Assembly (NCBI GenBank): GCA_031458695.1
Contig: JAVKJW010000017.1
Location: forward strand, 1-45,676
Direction: 5' to 3'
Source of the DNA: Candidatus Thermofontivivens primus
GTDB taxonomy: Bacteria; Sysuimicrobiota; Sysuimicrobiia; Sysuimicrobiales; Thermofontiviventaceae
DNA length: 45,676 bases
Shown: positions 9,687 to 19,600 of the stretch, in pieces
Numbering within the stretch: position 1 is the first letter of the stretch
Layout: each line of letters starts with the position of its first letter
The notes under the pieces: generated by a model
Seen by the model: only the letters and a program-made list of their open reading frames with translations
Told to the model about the DNA's origin: nothing
Database searches by the model: none
Position numbers and translations under genes: made by a program

Positions 9687-9805
9687 CCTCCTGCAAGGGC
9701 ATGGGAGTACCCTATCCCTACGAAGTACCCCGGCAATCGTCTTGACTTTTGCCGGGGTCCTGAGATCTTTCGTTCCGTTCCGCTCAGGCCTTCCGCGCGC
9801 TCAGG

Positions 9806-10216
9806 TCACTTCAATCGCTCGATGACCTCGTTGGTGATGTCCACCCCGCCGAGCTGGGTCGCCCCTTTCACCAGGACCACGCGCAACCGCTTGGACCGTG
9901 CCACCTCCTCGGCTGCTTTGCGGACCTCCTGGTCGAGCCTTGCTTCCAGCTCCGCCTTGAGCTGCTGGAGCTCCCGGAGATACAGGGCGCGTCTCGCCTC
10001 CAGCTCCTCCCGGCTCAGCTGGGATGCGAGAATAGCCAGCTCGGCGGCCATGGCCTTTTCCCTGTCATCGAGCTGCTTCTGGTAGGAGAGAGCACGCACG
10101 CTCTCGTTGAGGACCCTGTTGATGTCCACGACCCCGACCTGAGGGCGTGTACATCCGACAAGGGCAAGGGAGGCGACCAGCGCTAAGCCCACGACAATCC
10201 ACTGCTTCGGGTTCAT
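9806..10216 (-). CDS. Short OmpH/Skp-family lipoprotein
   Basis: Lipobox LVGC; VGVVDINRVL and GGVDITNEVIERL Skp termini. Start placed at ATG 10216. Confidence 0.8.
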   Translation of the reverse strand: MNPKQWIVVGLALVASLALVGCTRPQVGVVDINRVLNESVRALSYQKQLDDREKAMAAELAILASQLSREELEARRALYLRELQQLKAELEARLDQEVRKAAEEVARSKRLRVVLVKGATQLGGVDITNEVIERLK

Positions 10217-10244
10217 CGGGCTCACCAGGTTCGTCGGCTTCACG
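10209..10244. repeat. Degenerate nonamer repeat over the start of the short ompH gene
   Basis: gggttcatc gggctcacc aggttcgtc ggcttcacg. Confidence 0.5.
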
Positions 10245-10285
10245 AATCTATAGGATTGAACACACCACATGCGATCGACGCAAAC

Positions 10286-11401
10286 TTATCTGTTCAGTCG
10301 ACGGACGACTTCCTGGGTGAGGTCGACCACCCCTGTGCTGTAGTGAGCGCGCGTCAGCACCACGTCGACACCCGCCCGCTGGGCTAGGGTGGCGACTTCG
10401 ATCCGTATCTCGGCCATGATGCTCTCCTCAAGTCTCGCCCGCTCCTGCCTGCGGGCAGCGAGTTCTGCAATGACCTGGCGCTCGAACGCGTCCAGCATCC
10501 GTGCATACTGCTCCTGCCTCGCGCGGATCTGCGCCCGCGCCTGCGCCTCAAGCTGCCTGCGGCGCTCGGCGAGGCGTGCATTCATCTCCTTCTGCCTGGA
10601 TGTGATGAGCTGGGAAATCCTGGCCCTCAGCGCGCGCTCCCGCGCAGCGACCAGCTCCTGCGATTCCTTGTTCAGAGAGTCTTGGAACGCTTTGAGCTCC
10701 TCGTTTGCTTCCTTCTCCTTTTGCTTGATGAATTCCTGAAGCGCTTGGTTGCTGGCTTCTTCTTTCGCCTTGATCTTGGCGTCGCGCTCGGCCTGTAATC
10801 GCTCGATTTCCTGCACGGTGCGCTCTCCTTCCTCGCGGGAGGTGAACCGGACCGTCTCCAGTTTCAAGCGCAGGTTGAGGAGGGGGATGCGGTACTCCTC
10901 CATGATCTGCTGCTCGTACGCTCGGAGCTCCTCCACTAGCTCCTTGTGGTGCTCCTCCACTGCCTGCTTCACTTGTGCCTCCAGCTCCTTCTGGCGCTGA
11001 ACCAACCTTGCCTCCTGGCGACGCTTGAGGTCCCTCGCGTAGTCCTCTAGCTCCCTCTGGGCCTGTTTCCTGCGCACCTCCACCTCTTCCTTGAGGAGGG
11101 CCTCCAGGCGCGCTTTCTCGCTCGCGAGGACCTTGTCGAGGTTCACCTCGACAGGCGGGGGCGGTGGGGGAGGGGAGGAACGCTGCACTTCCAAAGCCTG
11201 GATCTGGCGGTTCAGCGCCTCCAGCTCCTTCCACCTTGGGTGAGCCCGGAGAACAGCGTCGAAGTCCACGACGCCCACCCGGAAGGGCGCAGGCTGCTCA
11301 GGCTCCGGCGGGGCCGGAGAAGGCGCTTGTACCCTGGGGCCACACCCGGAGAGCACCACGCCGAGAAGAAGCGCAAACAGGAAATTCCGGAGAGAAACCA
11401 C
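10286..11401 (-). CDS. Elongated OmpH/Skp-like lipoprotein with a very long coiled coil
   Basis: Lipobox LSGC; VGVVDFDAVLRAHP near the N-terminus and VDLTQEVV at the C-terminus, with about 270 aa of coiled coil between. Confidence 0.78.
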   Translation of the reverse strand: MVSLRNFLFALLLGVVLSGCGPRVQAPSPAPPEPEQPAPFRVGVVDFDAVLRAHPRWKELEALNRQIQALEVQRSSPPPPPPPVEVNLDKVLASEKARLEALLKEEVEVRRKQAQRELEDYARDLKRRQEARLVQRQKELEAQVKQAVEEHHKELVEELRAYEQQIMEEYRIPLLNLRLKLETVRFTSREEGERTVQEIERLQAERDAKIKAKEEASNQALQEFIKQKEKEANEELKAFQDSLNKESQELVAARERALRARISQLITSRQKEMNARLAERRRQLEAQARAQIRARQEQYARMLDAFERQVIAELAARRQERARLEESIMAEIRIEVATLAQRAGVDVVLTRAHYSTGVVDLTQEVVRRLNR

Positions 11402-11412
11402 GGGACGAAGTC

Positions 11413-11874
11413 CTACCTGCCCTTCTGTAGGATCCGAATGACGTCCTCGGTCAGGTCCACCCCGCCATAAAGGACAACGCTTCGGTCCAGGACGATGGTG
11501 ATGTTGCGTGCCCTGGCCGCCTGGGCAATGGCCTGTCGGATATCCCTGTCTAGCCCGCTGAGGAGCTCCTGGCGCCGCTGGAGGATCTGCTGTTGAAGCT
11601 GGCGGTCAAGCTCCTGGCGCTGGGCCGGGGTCAGGTTCTTGGCCTTGGCCTGGAATTCACGTTGCTTGGCCTGGAAGAATTCTTGCAGAGCCTTCTCAGA
11701 GCTCGCCTTCTGTGGGTGGGCATCTAGGGCCCTCTGCATGTCCACGTAGCCAATGGCCAGTGGCTGGCTGAGAACTGGTCCTACCCGCACGAGCGCCAGA
11801 GCCAGCACAACAATGAGGATCACAATTCCTCCGACAGCGACTGCCAGCTTCGTCCGATCCCACCGCATGCTCAA
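11413..11874 (-). CDS. skp: OmpH/Skp periplasmic chaperone
   Basis: IGYVDMQRALDAHP ... VVLYGGVDLTEDVI; hydrophobic N-terminus. Confidence 0.85.
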   Translation of the reverse strand: MSMRWDRTKLAVAVGGIVILIVVLALALVRVGPVLSQPLAIGYVDMQRALDAHPQKASSEKALQEFFQAKQREFQAKAKNLTPAQRQELDRQLQQQILQRRQELLSGLDRDIRQAIAQAARARNITIVLDRSVVLYGGVDLTEDVIRILQKGR

Positions 11875-11962
11875 ACCTCCAATCGTAGCATATTCTGAGC
11901 GAAGCTTTGCTTCGCTCCCTGGTTCTCTTTTCTAGGGGCAAGCCCATGAGCCTGCCCTTCCC

Positions 11963-13270
11963 TTACAGGTTGCTGACCAACCGGATCCACCAGCCCCGGG
12001 AGGTGGTCGCGACAAGCTCCCCAGAGAGGAACTCGTTCACCCGATACACAACGGCGCCCTCCACATCGCTCCCTGCAAGGTCCAAGGTAGACCGGATGCC
12101 CACCTCTGGGGTAAGCTGGTGAGTTGCCCAGAGCCAAAGCCCCCTTGTAAAGGGATCCACCTTCGCGCCCACCACCACCCGCTCGGAAAGGTCGTACCGC
12201 ACCCCTACGTTCCAGCGCAGGGAGAGGGGGCTTGGCGTCAGGTCGCTCTCTATAAACACTTCCACTCCCTGGGCCACCACCCTTCCAAGCTGCGTCACCA
12301 CCTTGGCCGGGGGGGCCTGGACACCGATATTCAGCTGTGCTTCGACACGCCCCCGGTACAGCAGGGAGTCGGCGATGACAGTGACGTACGTCGTTTCCCC
12401 AACCTGGATGGACGGGCGGGCGATGATCTGATATTGCTTCACTGGGGCGTACTCCCGGAGCTGGCGAGAGATCAACTCCTCGAAAGCTTGGCGGTTCTCC
12501 TGAGCAAAGACCACTGGAAGCCCCCGCAGGGGCTCTGCCATCGAAGCCACCTGCGGAGCGTGTTGGTCCAGAACCAGCAACGGGATAGAGGAGGAACGGA
12601 AGCGGACCCCGATATCCCGGATCACCCGCGAGTCACGAGGGAGAACGGAGAGGCTCGCCTCCACCTCCTCCGCGGGCTTGAGGTGAAGCTTCCCTGTGAA
12701 ACCGGGGAGGGAGCCCTCTACGATCTCTTTGGCTCTTTCCTCGATGAGAGACCTGGACCAGTCTAGTGCCTCCACGGGGAGATTGAGAAGAAGGCTTCCT
12801 ACCTCAGGAGCCACCAGGCGCTCGAACTGTTGGAGTACCAGCGGGCGTGCACCGGGGTGGATGGTCTCAAGACCAGCAGCCACCTGGACGCGCTTGATCA
12901 CCGGGGGCTGGGGGCGGAGCTTGAGGGAGACCCTGCTCTCCACGCCGGGCGCGATCACCACACTGGACACGGTGTATCCGGAGAGGACACGGTCTAAGAC
13001 GGTGGAGAGCGCCCGGGCAAGCACAGGGCTTTCCCCCGTCACCACATGAACAGGGCGACCTACCAAGAGCCTTTCAGCGACCGCCTGGGCCGTGGTAACG
13101 ATACGGTCACGCACCAGGGGGTGTGGGCTATCGCCTTCGAACGCCACCACCAGGACAACTTGGCGTACCTCCTCTGCAGCCAGGGAGGGAAGTGCCAGCG
13201 TCGCCAGGAGGAGAAGGATCCCCACCCAGCGTGAGAAATGCTTCCCGAAAATGCGGTGACTGGATGCCAT
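11963..13270 (-). CDS. Uncharacterised exported protein, probable outer-membrane protein with C-terminal amphipathic beta-strands
   Basis: Signal peptide ending SLA-AEE; the last ~130 aa have alternating hydrophobic strands ending WWIRLVSNL; lies between bamA and skp. Start uncertain (13270 or 13324). Confidence 0.6.
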   Translation of the reverse strand: MASSHRIFGKHFSRWVGILLLLATLALPSLAAEEVRQVVLVVAFEGDSPHPLVRDRIVTTAQAVAERLLVGRPVHVVTGESPVLARALSTVLDRVLSGYTVSSVVIAPGVESRVSLKLRPQPPVIKRVQVAAGLETIHPGARPLVLQQFERLVAPEVGSLLLNLPVEALDWSRSLIEERAKEIVEGSLPGFTGKLHLKPAEEVEASLSVLPRDSRVIRDIGVRFRSSSIPLLVLDQHAPQVASMAEPLRGLPVVFAQENRQAFEELISRQLREYAPVKQYQIIARPSIQVGETTYVTVIADSLLYRGRVEAQLNIGVQAPPAKVVTQLGRVVAQGVEVFIESDLTPSPLSLRWNVGVRYDLSERVVVGAKVDPFTRGLWLWATHQLTPEVGIRSTLDLAGSDVEGAVVYRVNEFLSGELVATTSRGWWIRLVSNL

Positions 13271-13357
13271 CGTAACCCTAGTGACTGAGTTTAGTGACTG
13301 CGCAACATCGTGACGCAACGACACGGTAAACTCGAAGATTTGTAGACCCGATCGATC

Positions 13358-15106
13358 CTAGAATGGGTGGCCGATGGTCAGCCACGTCTGGCTTCCCTCC
13401 CGACCCACCGCGTAGTCGATACGGATGGGCCCGATGGGCGTCTTCACGGAGACGGCCAATCCCCAGTTGGTGAGCAGGTCGAGGGGACCACCAGTGAGGG
13501 GAGCCGTCCCGGCGTCCACATAGATAACTCCTTGGATATCCTGAAGTCGCTCGGAGAGGCTCCTCAGATCTACCCGGTACTCCACGTTCATGAACCCCAT
13601 GCTCGTCGCGCGAAGGCGACCAACTGGATATCCCCTCAGAGTGAGGGGACCGCCTAGGACGAACCGGTCCTGGAGGGGCAGGGTTCCGGAGGAGATCCCC
13701 ACCATCGCCCGGGCCGCGAGGGTGGCCTCCTTTCCCATGGGGACGTACCGGCTGTATTCAGCGGTGGACTTGACAAAGGAGAAGTCGCTCCCGAGGATGC
13801 TCGAAGCGATCTCCGCCTGGAGGGCCATGCGCTCCCCGGAGGTGGGGTTGAAACGGTTGTCTCGTGCGTCCCGGATGGCACCGAGGGCGAGGCTCACCGT
13901 CCGGCCAGGGGTGAACAAGGAGACTCCCCCGCTGAGCACATCGAGCGTCACCTGCTCGGAACGGATGGTCAGGGTGGCTGTAAGCAAGGGATCGAGGGGG
14001 CGTCCAATGGTAATACTGCTTCCAGTCCTTCCAAGCTCGTACTCCCCCGTGATCACACCCCCGCTCCCATATTCCCGCTCCAGGGAGAAGATCTGGCCGG
14101 TCCTGAGCTCTACGAAGGTCCTCTGGGCATCAAACCAGGGCTCGCGGAAGGTGATCTCGTAATTCAGCTTGGGCGTCGTGGGGGCAGTGAACGAACCGAT
14201 GGTGACGCCCCGCTCCAGGCGCAGGGAGAGCTGCTGGCCACGCCCCTGGAAGTTCCTGTCTCCGAACTCAATGGACCCCACAAACCCTGTGCGGTCGCTG
14301 TAGCCAAGGCCAAACTTGGCCTCCCCCGTCTTCTGCTCGACGAGCTCGATGGTGAGGACCACGCTGTCTGGGGTAGAACCGGGGGATGGCTGGGCACGCA
14401 CCGACTCGAAATAACCAAGCTCGAGGAGCTTCCGCAGGTCCTTGTTGATCGCTTCGACGTTGAATACATCGCCGCTTTTAATGGTAAGCTCCCGCTGGAC
14501 GACGAACTCCTTCGTCTTAACGAGACCCTTGAACTCTACCCTTTCCAACCGTCCCTCGGAGATCACAAGGCTCAGGCGGCCTTGCTCATCAATGGACACA
14601 TCTGCCACCCTCGCAAGGACGTAGCCACGGTCCTCGTAGAGCTTCTCCACCTTGCGTGCACCGGCGGAGAGGGTCTTGGTGTTCAGGATCTCCCCCACAG
14701 GGACGCTGAGCGCTTTCAGGATCTCCTCCGTGGGGATCACCGTATTGCCACTGACGCGCACCTCACGGACAACCGGGTTCTCCAGGACGATGAAGATGAT
14801 GCGCAGGCCATCCCGGACCTCCTCGATGCGCACGGTGACATCGGCAAACAACCCGAGATCCATGATGTTCTGCACATCCCGGCGGACCTTTTCCTCCTCG
14901 AAGGCCTCCCCGACCCGTGTGGAGATTACACCCCGGATCGTTGCCGTGGGGACGAGGACGTTCCCCTGGATCACCACCTCAGCGACCCGTCGGATCTGAG
15001 GAGGTGGCTGCTGGGCAGTTGTCCACGATGCGCTCAAGACGAGCAGCGAGATGGAAAGAGAAAGCACAAGGAAAGCTCGGTTCGCTCGACAGCGCGCGCG
15101 CATCAC
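13358..15106 (-). CDS. bamA: Outer membrane protein assembly factor BamA (Omp85) with 3 POTRA domains
   Basis: Three POTRA repeats (IQGN, VSGN, FKGL...LGYFE), NFQGRGQ, GGPLTLRGY loop 6, TPIGPIRIDYA, terminal Phe. Confidence 0.92.
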   Translation of the reverse strand: MMRARCRANRAFLVLSLSISLLVLSASWTTAQQPPPQIRRVAEVVIQGNVLVPTATIRGVISTRVGEAFEEEKVRRDVQNIMDLGLFADVTVRIEEVRDGLRIIFIVLENPVVREVRVSGNTVIPTEEILKALSVPVGEILNTKTLSAGARKVEKLYEDRGYVLARVADVSIDEQGRLSLVISEGRLERVEFKGLVKTKEFVVQRELTIKSGDVFNVEAINKDLRKLLELGYFESVRAQPSPGSTPDSVVLTIELVEQKTGEAKFGLGYSDRTGFVGSIEFGDRNFQGRGQQLSLRLERGVTIGSFTAPTTPKLNYEITFREPWFDAQRTFVELRTGQIFSLEREYGSGGVITGEYELGRTGSSITIGRPLDPLLTATLTIRSEQVTLDVLSGGVSLFTPGRTVSLALGAIRDARDNRFNPTSGERMALQAEIASSILGSDFSFVKSTAEYSRYVPMGKEATLAARAMVGISSGTLPLQDRFVLGGPLTLRGYPVGRLRATSMGFMNVEYRVDLRSLSERLQDIQGVIYVDAGTAPLTGGPLDLLTNWGLAVSVKTPIGPIRIDYAVGREGSQTWLTIGHPF

Positions 15107-15130
15107 CGTACCACCGTACCTAGGAAGAGA

Positions 15131-15829
15131 TCAAGGTGTCCCCCGCAGGGTTCGCTCCGCGGTGAGGACGAGGTCAATGAGGTCCTCCATGGCCATCACG
15201 GGAGTCCCGGAGAGGGAAGGACCTGGAAGGGCAATGGACTGCTTCCCCGCCTGCTGTGGGACCGCAGCCTGAGAGGGCGTAGGAGAACTGGAACTCCGAA
15301 GACGCGCCTGGGCTGGTGGTGCTGCAGTCCTCCCCGGCGCAACCGCATGCGGGGAGGTCCCTGGAGCCTGGGATGTTCCAGTTGGCACCATGGGACCGGA
15401 TCTCTGGCTTATTACCTTACCTGAAGTGTGCTCGCCCTCCACTGCAGGAGCTGGAAGGTCGATCTCTTTCAGCAGATCCCCAACGGGCTGGGGGAATGTA
15501 ATCACAGGTCGGCCCGGAGGGGATGTGAGAGAGGTTTTCCCAGCAGATGTGCCGGGGAGGGCGGGGACGAGGCCTGACCCGAGGAAGGCGGTGATTAAGA
15601 CCAGCATGCCTGCAAGCGCCGCCATCGCCAGGAAGCCCCGCAAACCTTGAGGGTACAGTCCCTCCCTCGGGAGCGCTCGGCTCAGCTCCCAGGCATGTCG
15701 GATCTCCGCTTCGGCAAGGGAGAGGTTGAGTTCTCCCCGCACCACCTGTCCCATGCGGTAATTCCCTTTCGCCCGGCGGAGCCATCCCTCCGCAAACCCG
15801 ATCCGACGGATTACCTCGTCAACGCCCAT
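15131..15829 (-). CDS. Hypothetical single-pass membrane protein, candidate anti-sigma factor
   Basis: Helical N-terminal ~60 aa, one TM (FLAMAALAGMLVLITAFLG), Pro/Ser-rich tail and a short C-terminal helix; SD-like GAGGGA upstream. Function is inferred only from topology and position. Confidence 0.55.
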   Translation of the reverse strand: MGVDEVIRRIGFAEGWLRRAKGNYRMGQVVRGELNLSLAEAEIRHAWELSRALPREGLYPQGLRGFLAMAALAGMLVLITAFLGSGLVPALPGTSAGKTSLTSPPGRPVITFPQPVGDLLKEIDLPAPAVEGEHTSGKVISQRSGPMVPTGTSQAPGTSPHAVAPGRTAAPPAQARLRSSSSPTPSQAAVPQQAGKQSIALPGPSLSGTPVMAMEDLIDLVLTAERTLRGTP

Positions 15830-15914
15830 CCCTCATCCCTCGCACCAGTCTGCCGGTCTGGGAGATTCCATAGTATAGTATCCACTGGGAAGAAACCTTT
15901 CTCGCATCCACGCG

Positions 15915-16544
15915 CTACCGCTCGGTGACCTGGAGGGGCCGGTTCATCATCGCCCTCAGGTGTTCCAGGGCCTGTTTTTGCAGGCGATAGAAGTGAGAGA
16001 GGCTGATGGAAAGGTCCCTGGCAATCCTCCCGGGCTCCTTCGCTTCGAGATACGTCCCCTTGAGGATTTCCCGCTCACGAGATGGAAGGCGCTCCATGGC
16101 CTCCATCGCCGAGCGGATCATCAGGGCGTTCTCAACATCCCCAAGTTCCTCCTCTGCCCTTGGATCCGCAAGCCGTTCGCTCAGGGAGAGGTCGGCTTCG
16201 ATCTCCTCAAGGGGCAGACCTCCCCGCTCCCGCCGCAACGCGTTGAGAATCCGACCCCGGATGCGGTAGTGGGCGTAGGTGGAGAACCGGATCCCCCGGT
16301 CCGGGTCGTACCGTTCCACCGCCTCAATGAGCCCCACAGTTCCTTCCTGGATCATATCCATGAGCCAGGGCTCCGGGATGTGGAGATGCATCACAACCTT
16401 GAAGACCAGCGGCTGGTAGGCTTCAATGATGCGCTGGCGGCTCAGCCCGTCCCCGCGTTCCCGGTACTGCCGCCACAGCCGCTGCTCCTCTTCCACAGAG
16501 AGAAGCTTGACTTTGTGGAGCTCGCGGAGGTATTCAGTGAGCAC
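15915..16544 (-). CDS. Alternative sigma-70 factor (regions 1.2, 2 and 4, sporulation/FliA-like)
   Basis: EYLRELHKVKLLSVEEE (region 1.2), DMIQEGTVGLIEAVERYDPDRGIRFSTYA (region 2), LPSREREIL...IARDLSIS (region 4). Confidence 0.92.
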   Translation of the reverse strand: MLTEYLRELHKVKLLSVEEEQRLWRQYRERGDGLSRQRIIEAYQPLVFKVVMHLHIPEPWLMDMIQEGTVGLIEAVERYDPDRGIRFSTYAHYRIRGRILNALRRERGGLPLEEIEADLSLSERLADPRAEEELGDVENALMIRSAMEAMERLPSREREILKGTYLEAKEPGRIARDLSISLSHFYRLQKQALEHLRAMMNRPLQVTER

Positions 16545-16620
16545 ATCCTCACCTTTCGCCCTTTCTTCCTATTTCCCTTCCAGGATGCCCGGAAAAACCA
16601 AAAACCTTTCGCCGTGTCGC

Positions 16621-19600
16621 TCAGAAGCGGATCCGGGTCTGTAAGGAGATGCTGAAACGCCTTGTGGGGTCGTAGTTGAGGCTCAGGTTGGTATTCGGGG
16701 TGAGGCGGTACTCCAACGCTGCCGTGGACTGCCGGACGCTGTCAAAAATCGTGGTGATGGTAAAGTACAGCTCGCGCAGGAGGAACTTCCCAATGCGCAG
16801 GCGAGGGGGATGGATGAAGTCGTACTCCAGCCGGAACTCGCTCAGCCCTAGGGCTTCCCGGATGGGCCGTTCGAACCGACCAAAGAGCAACCGGCTCAGC
16901 TCCAGCCGCAGCGCGCCTTCCACGTCCCCCTGCATTAAGGCCTCAAGACCAGCCTGCCTGCTCAACAGGGCCACGATCTCCTCCCGGGGAAGGGGCGGTT
17001 CGGAGGAGAGCGTAAGGCTCAACCCTCTTGGCGTCCCTTCTACGCTAGCCTGGACCCGGGTGCTCCCCACAAGCGTCGAGGCCTTCGCATTGAGGTAGGG
17101 CTCCAGACCGCGGAACGGGGAGAACGAGGCCCTCCCCTCGTCGAGATGGAAGGTTGTCCCGAGGTAGCTGAACTCCCCTTCAGCTGCCGTGAGAATCCCC
17201 TCCACGGAAGGGGTAGAGAGTGTTCCTGTGATGCTGAGCTCTCCCTCGATGCGTGCACGCAGCGCTCCTGCATGGACCCACAGATCCCTCCCCGCAGCGG
17301 CGAGCAGATCGAGACCTACCGGCGGCAGGCGCGTCGATCTAGCCTCCCCCCTCGCCAGTGTAAGCTCTCCCTGAGAGAGCACGAATTTCCCTGCAAGGTT
17401 CGGCCTCCGGGAAGGTCCACGGAGGTACAGTTCCCCTTCCACCCTCCCGGAGTAATAAGGAGGAAGCTTCACCGAGGCCGGGGTAAGGGAAAGTTGCAGG
17501 TCGACGGTCTCCGGGCGGAGGTTTCGGATTGTGATCCCGCCTGCAACTCCAACCTTCCCCCCTCCCAACCCTGCCTCCAGCCTGCGAATCGTCACTCTGT
17601 CCTCCGTGAAGGAGAGATCTGCAACAACCCCCTCCAGGGCAGGCTCGAGCCCTGCAAGGCGGATAGTTCCCTGCGCCACGCCGAGGCGGCCCGCCATCCG
17701 TGGACGTGCAATCGATCCCGTCAGGGAGACCTCCCCCTCTATCGTCCCTCGCGCCTCCTCCACCACCGGGGTAAGAAGGCGAAGGAGACTCAGGTCGGCA
17801 TCGACAAGGGTTGCCCGGAGGTTCACCGGGCGATCCCCAGGGACCTGGAGGGTCAGGGGATCGAGAGGGATCTCGCCCTGCACCTTTGCCTTGTGCCCAT
17901 CCCGAGAGAGAAGGGCTTGGTCAAGAACGAGGGTCCCCCGCTGGTAAATCGCCTGGGCAGTAAGCCGGTTGAAGAAGATGTCTTCGAGGCCTCCATCCTT
18001 GATCTCCAGGGAGATGCCCATGAGGGGATCGTCGTACGGTCCGGAGATCTGAGCAATGAAATCCACGGTTCCACGCAGAGTGCCGGCGCCCCCAGGAACG
18101 CGGCGGAGGATTGGGGCGAAGAGCCCAAGGTGGAGACCTTGTCCGCTGACCTCCACAAGGCTCTCTCCGCGGAGGTCCACCGTTCCCTGTGCAGCCAGTC
18201 GGCCGTGCTCCAGGATCGCTTCCAGGCGCTCGATCTTGACAGAACGATCCTGCCAGCTCACCCTCCCTACCGCCTCTCGGAGGCGTTCGCCTCCCAGGAT
18301 GCCGTTTTCTACCCTCAGATCAAGGGACCCTGAGGGATTCTGGATAGGACCTGCAAGGGAAGCCCTCCCGGAGACCTCCCCGTCTGCAGGAAGGCCCGGA
18401 AAGAAGCCGGAGAGACCCACAAGGGTAGCGAGCCGCCCGCGCACAACCTCCGCAGTAAGGTCTACCGCTCGCTGGCCACCTAAGTTTACGGCCCCGACGA
18501 GGCGGTAGGCCCCAGTGCCTTGGCGAAGCTCCAGAGATTCGAGGGAGAGGCGGTGCTCACTCCAAGCGACCCGCCCTCTGGCACTATCGAAGGCCTGGCC
18601 ATTTAGCGAGAGTCTAGAGGAGGCGATCTCGCCGCGGACCGAAGGGCTCTGCAACGTCCCTCCAATCCTCCCCTGGAGGTCGACAACACCTTCCATCCTC
18701 AGAGGTCCCCGAGAGAGCGGGGGAAAGTCCTCAAGGTTCAGGCCCTGGGCCCAGACCGAGAGGTCTAACTCCCCCTTTGAGGTCACCCTCCCCCGCCCTG
18801 AGAGCTTTGAGTTGTTCACACGGGCTTCCACGCGCTCGAGGGTGAGCACGCCATCCCTCCAGGTCCCGGCCGCCTCCGCGCCATCTACATACTGGCCAGC
18901 GATGCGCGCACCCTCCAGGCGGATCTGCCCGTGTCCTTGCAATGCTCCAGGTGAACCTTCCAGGCGCAGGACCCCTGAAAGCTTCCCAGCTGCTTCCATG
19001 GGGCTGTGGGCCAGCTGTGCAATCCGGTCCAGGGGGAAATCTTCGATCTCGGCAGATGCCCGCACCGAACGGATCCTCCCACCGACAAGGGAGAGCGTCC
19101 CAGCTCCACGGATCACTCCGGAGCCCATGTGGAGCTGGAAAACTCTGGAGGTGACGCGCTCCTTGCTCGCCTGGAGGCTTGCCTGCATGCGGTCGAAGGC
19201 AACGGATCCTACCCTAGCTCCCCGCACGGTCACATCTCCGTTGAAACTCGGATCTCCCGTCCTCCCCCCGATCCTCCCCTCGATCTCTGCATCGCCCGCA
19301 AGCCCTCCCCCCCACCGAAAGGCGCGGGTAAGCTCCTCCACCTGGAAGCCTGAGGCAGCAACCCTAAGGGAAAGGGACCCCCCTGGGGAGACCTGACCTG
19401 TAAGGAAGACCTGACCGGAGCCCACGCGGAGGCCAATGGAATCGAGGGTGAGGGAGCCATGGTCGTACCAGAACACGCCCTCGGCCGTCTTCGCCTCCAC
19501 GGAACCAACCCGCACTCCCTCCAGGCGACCACCTGCCAACGCGTACCACTCGCCCCCCCGCCCGAAGGCGAGGAGATCCCCGGAGAACCGCCCGGCAATG

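Noticed and set aside
15872..15900. Internal promoter before the TM gene and bamA
   Set aside because: TATACT is present on the minus strand but there is no credible -35 or TG extension.
17146..19396. 395-aa and 293-aa plus-strand ORFs inside tamB
   Set aside because: Shadow ORFs with Arg/Pro/Ser-rich composition.
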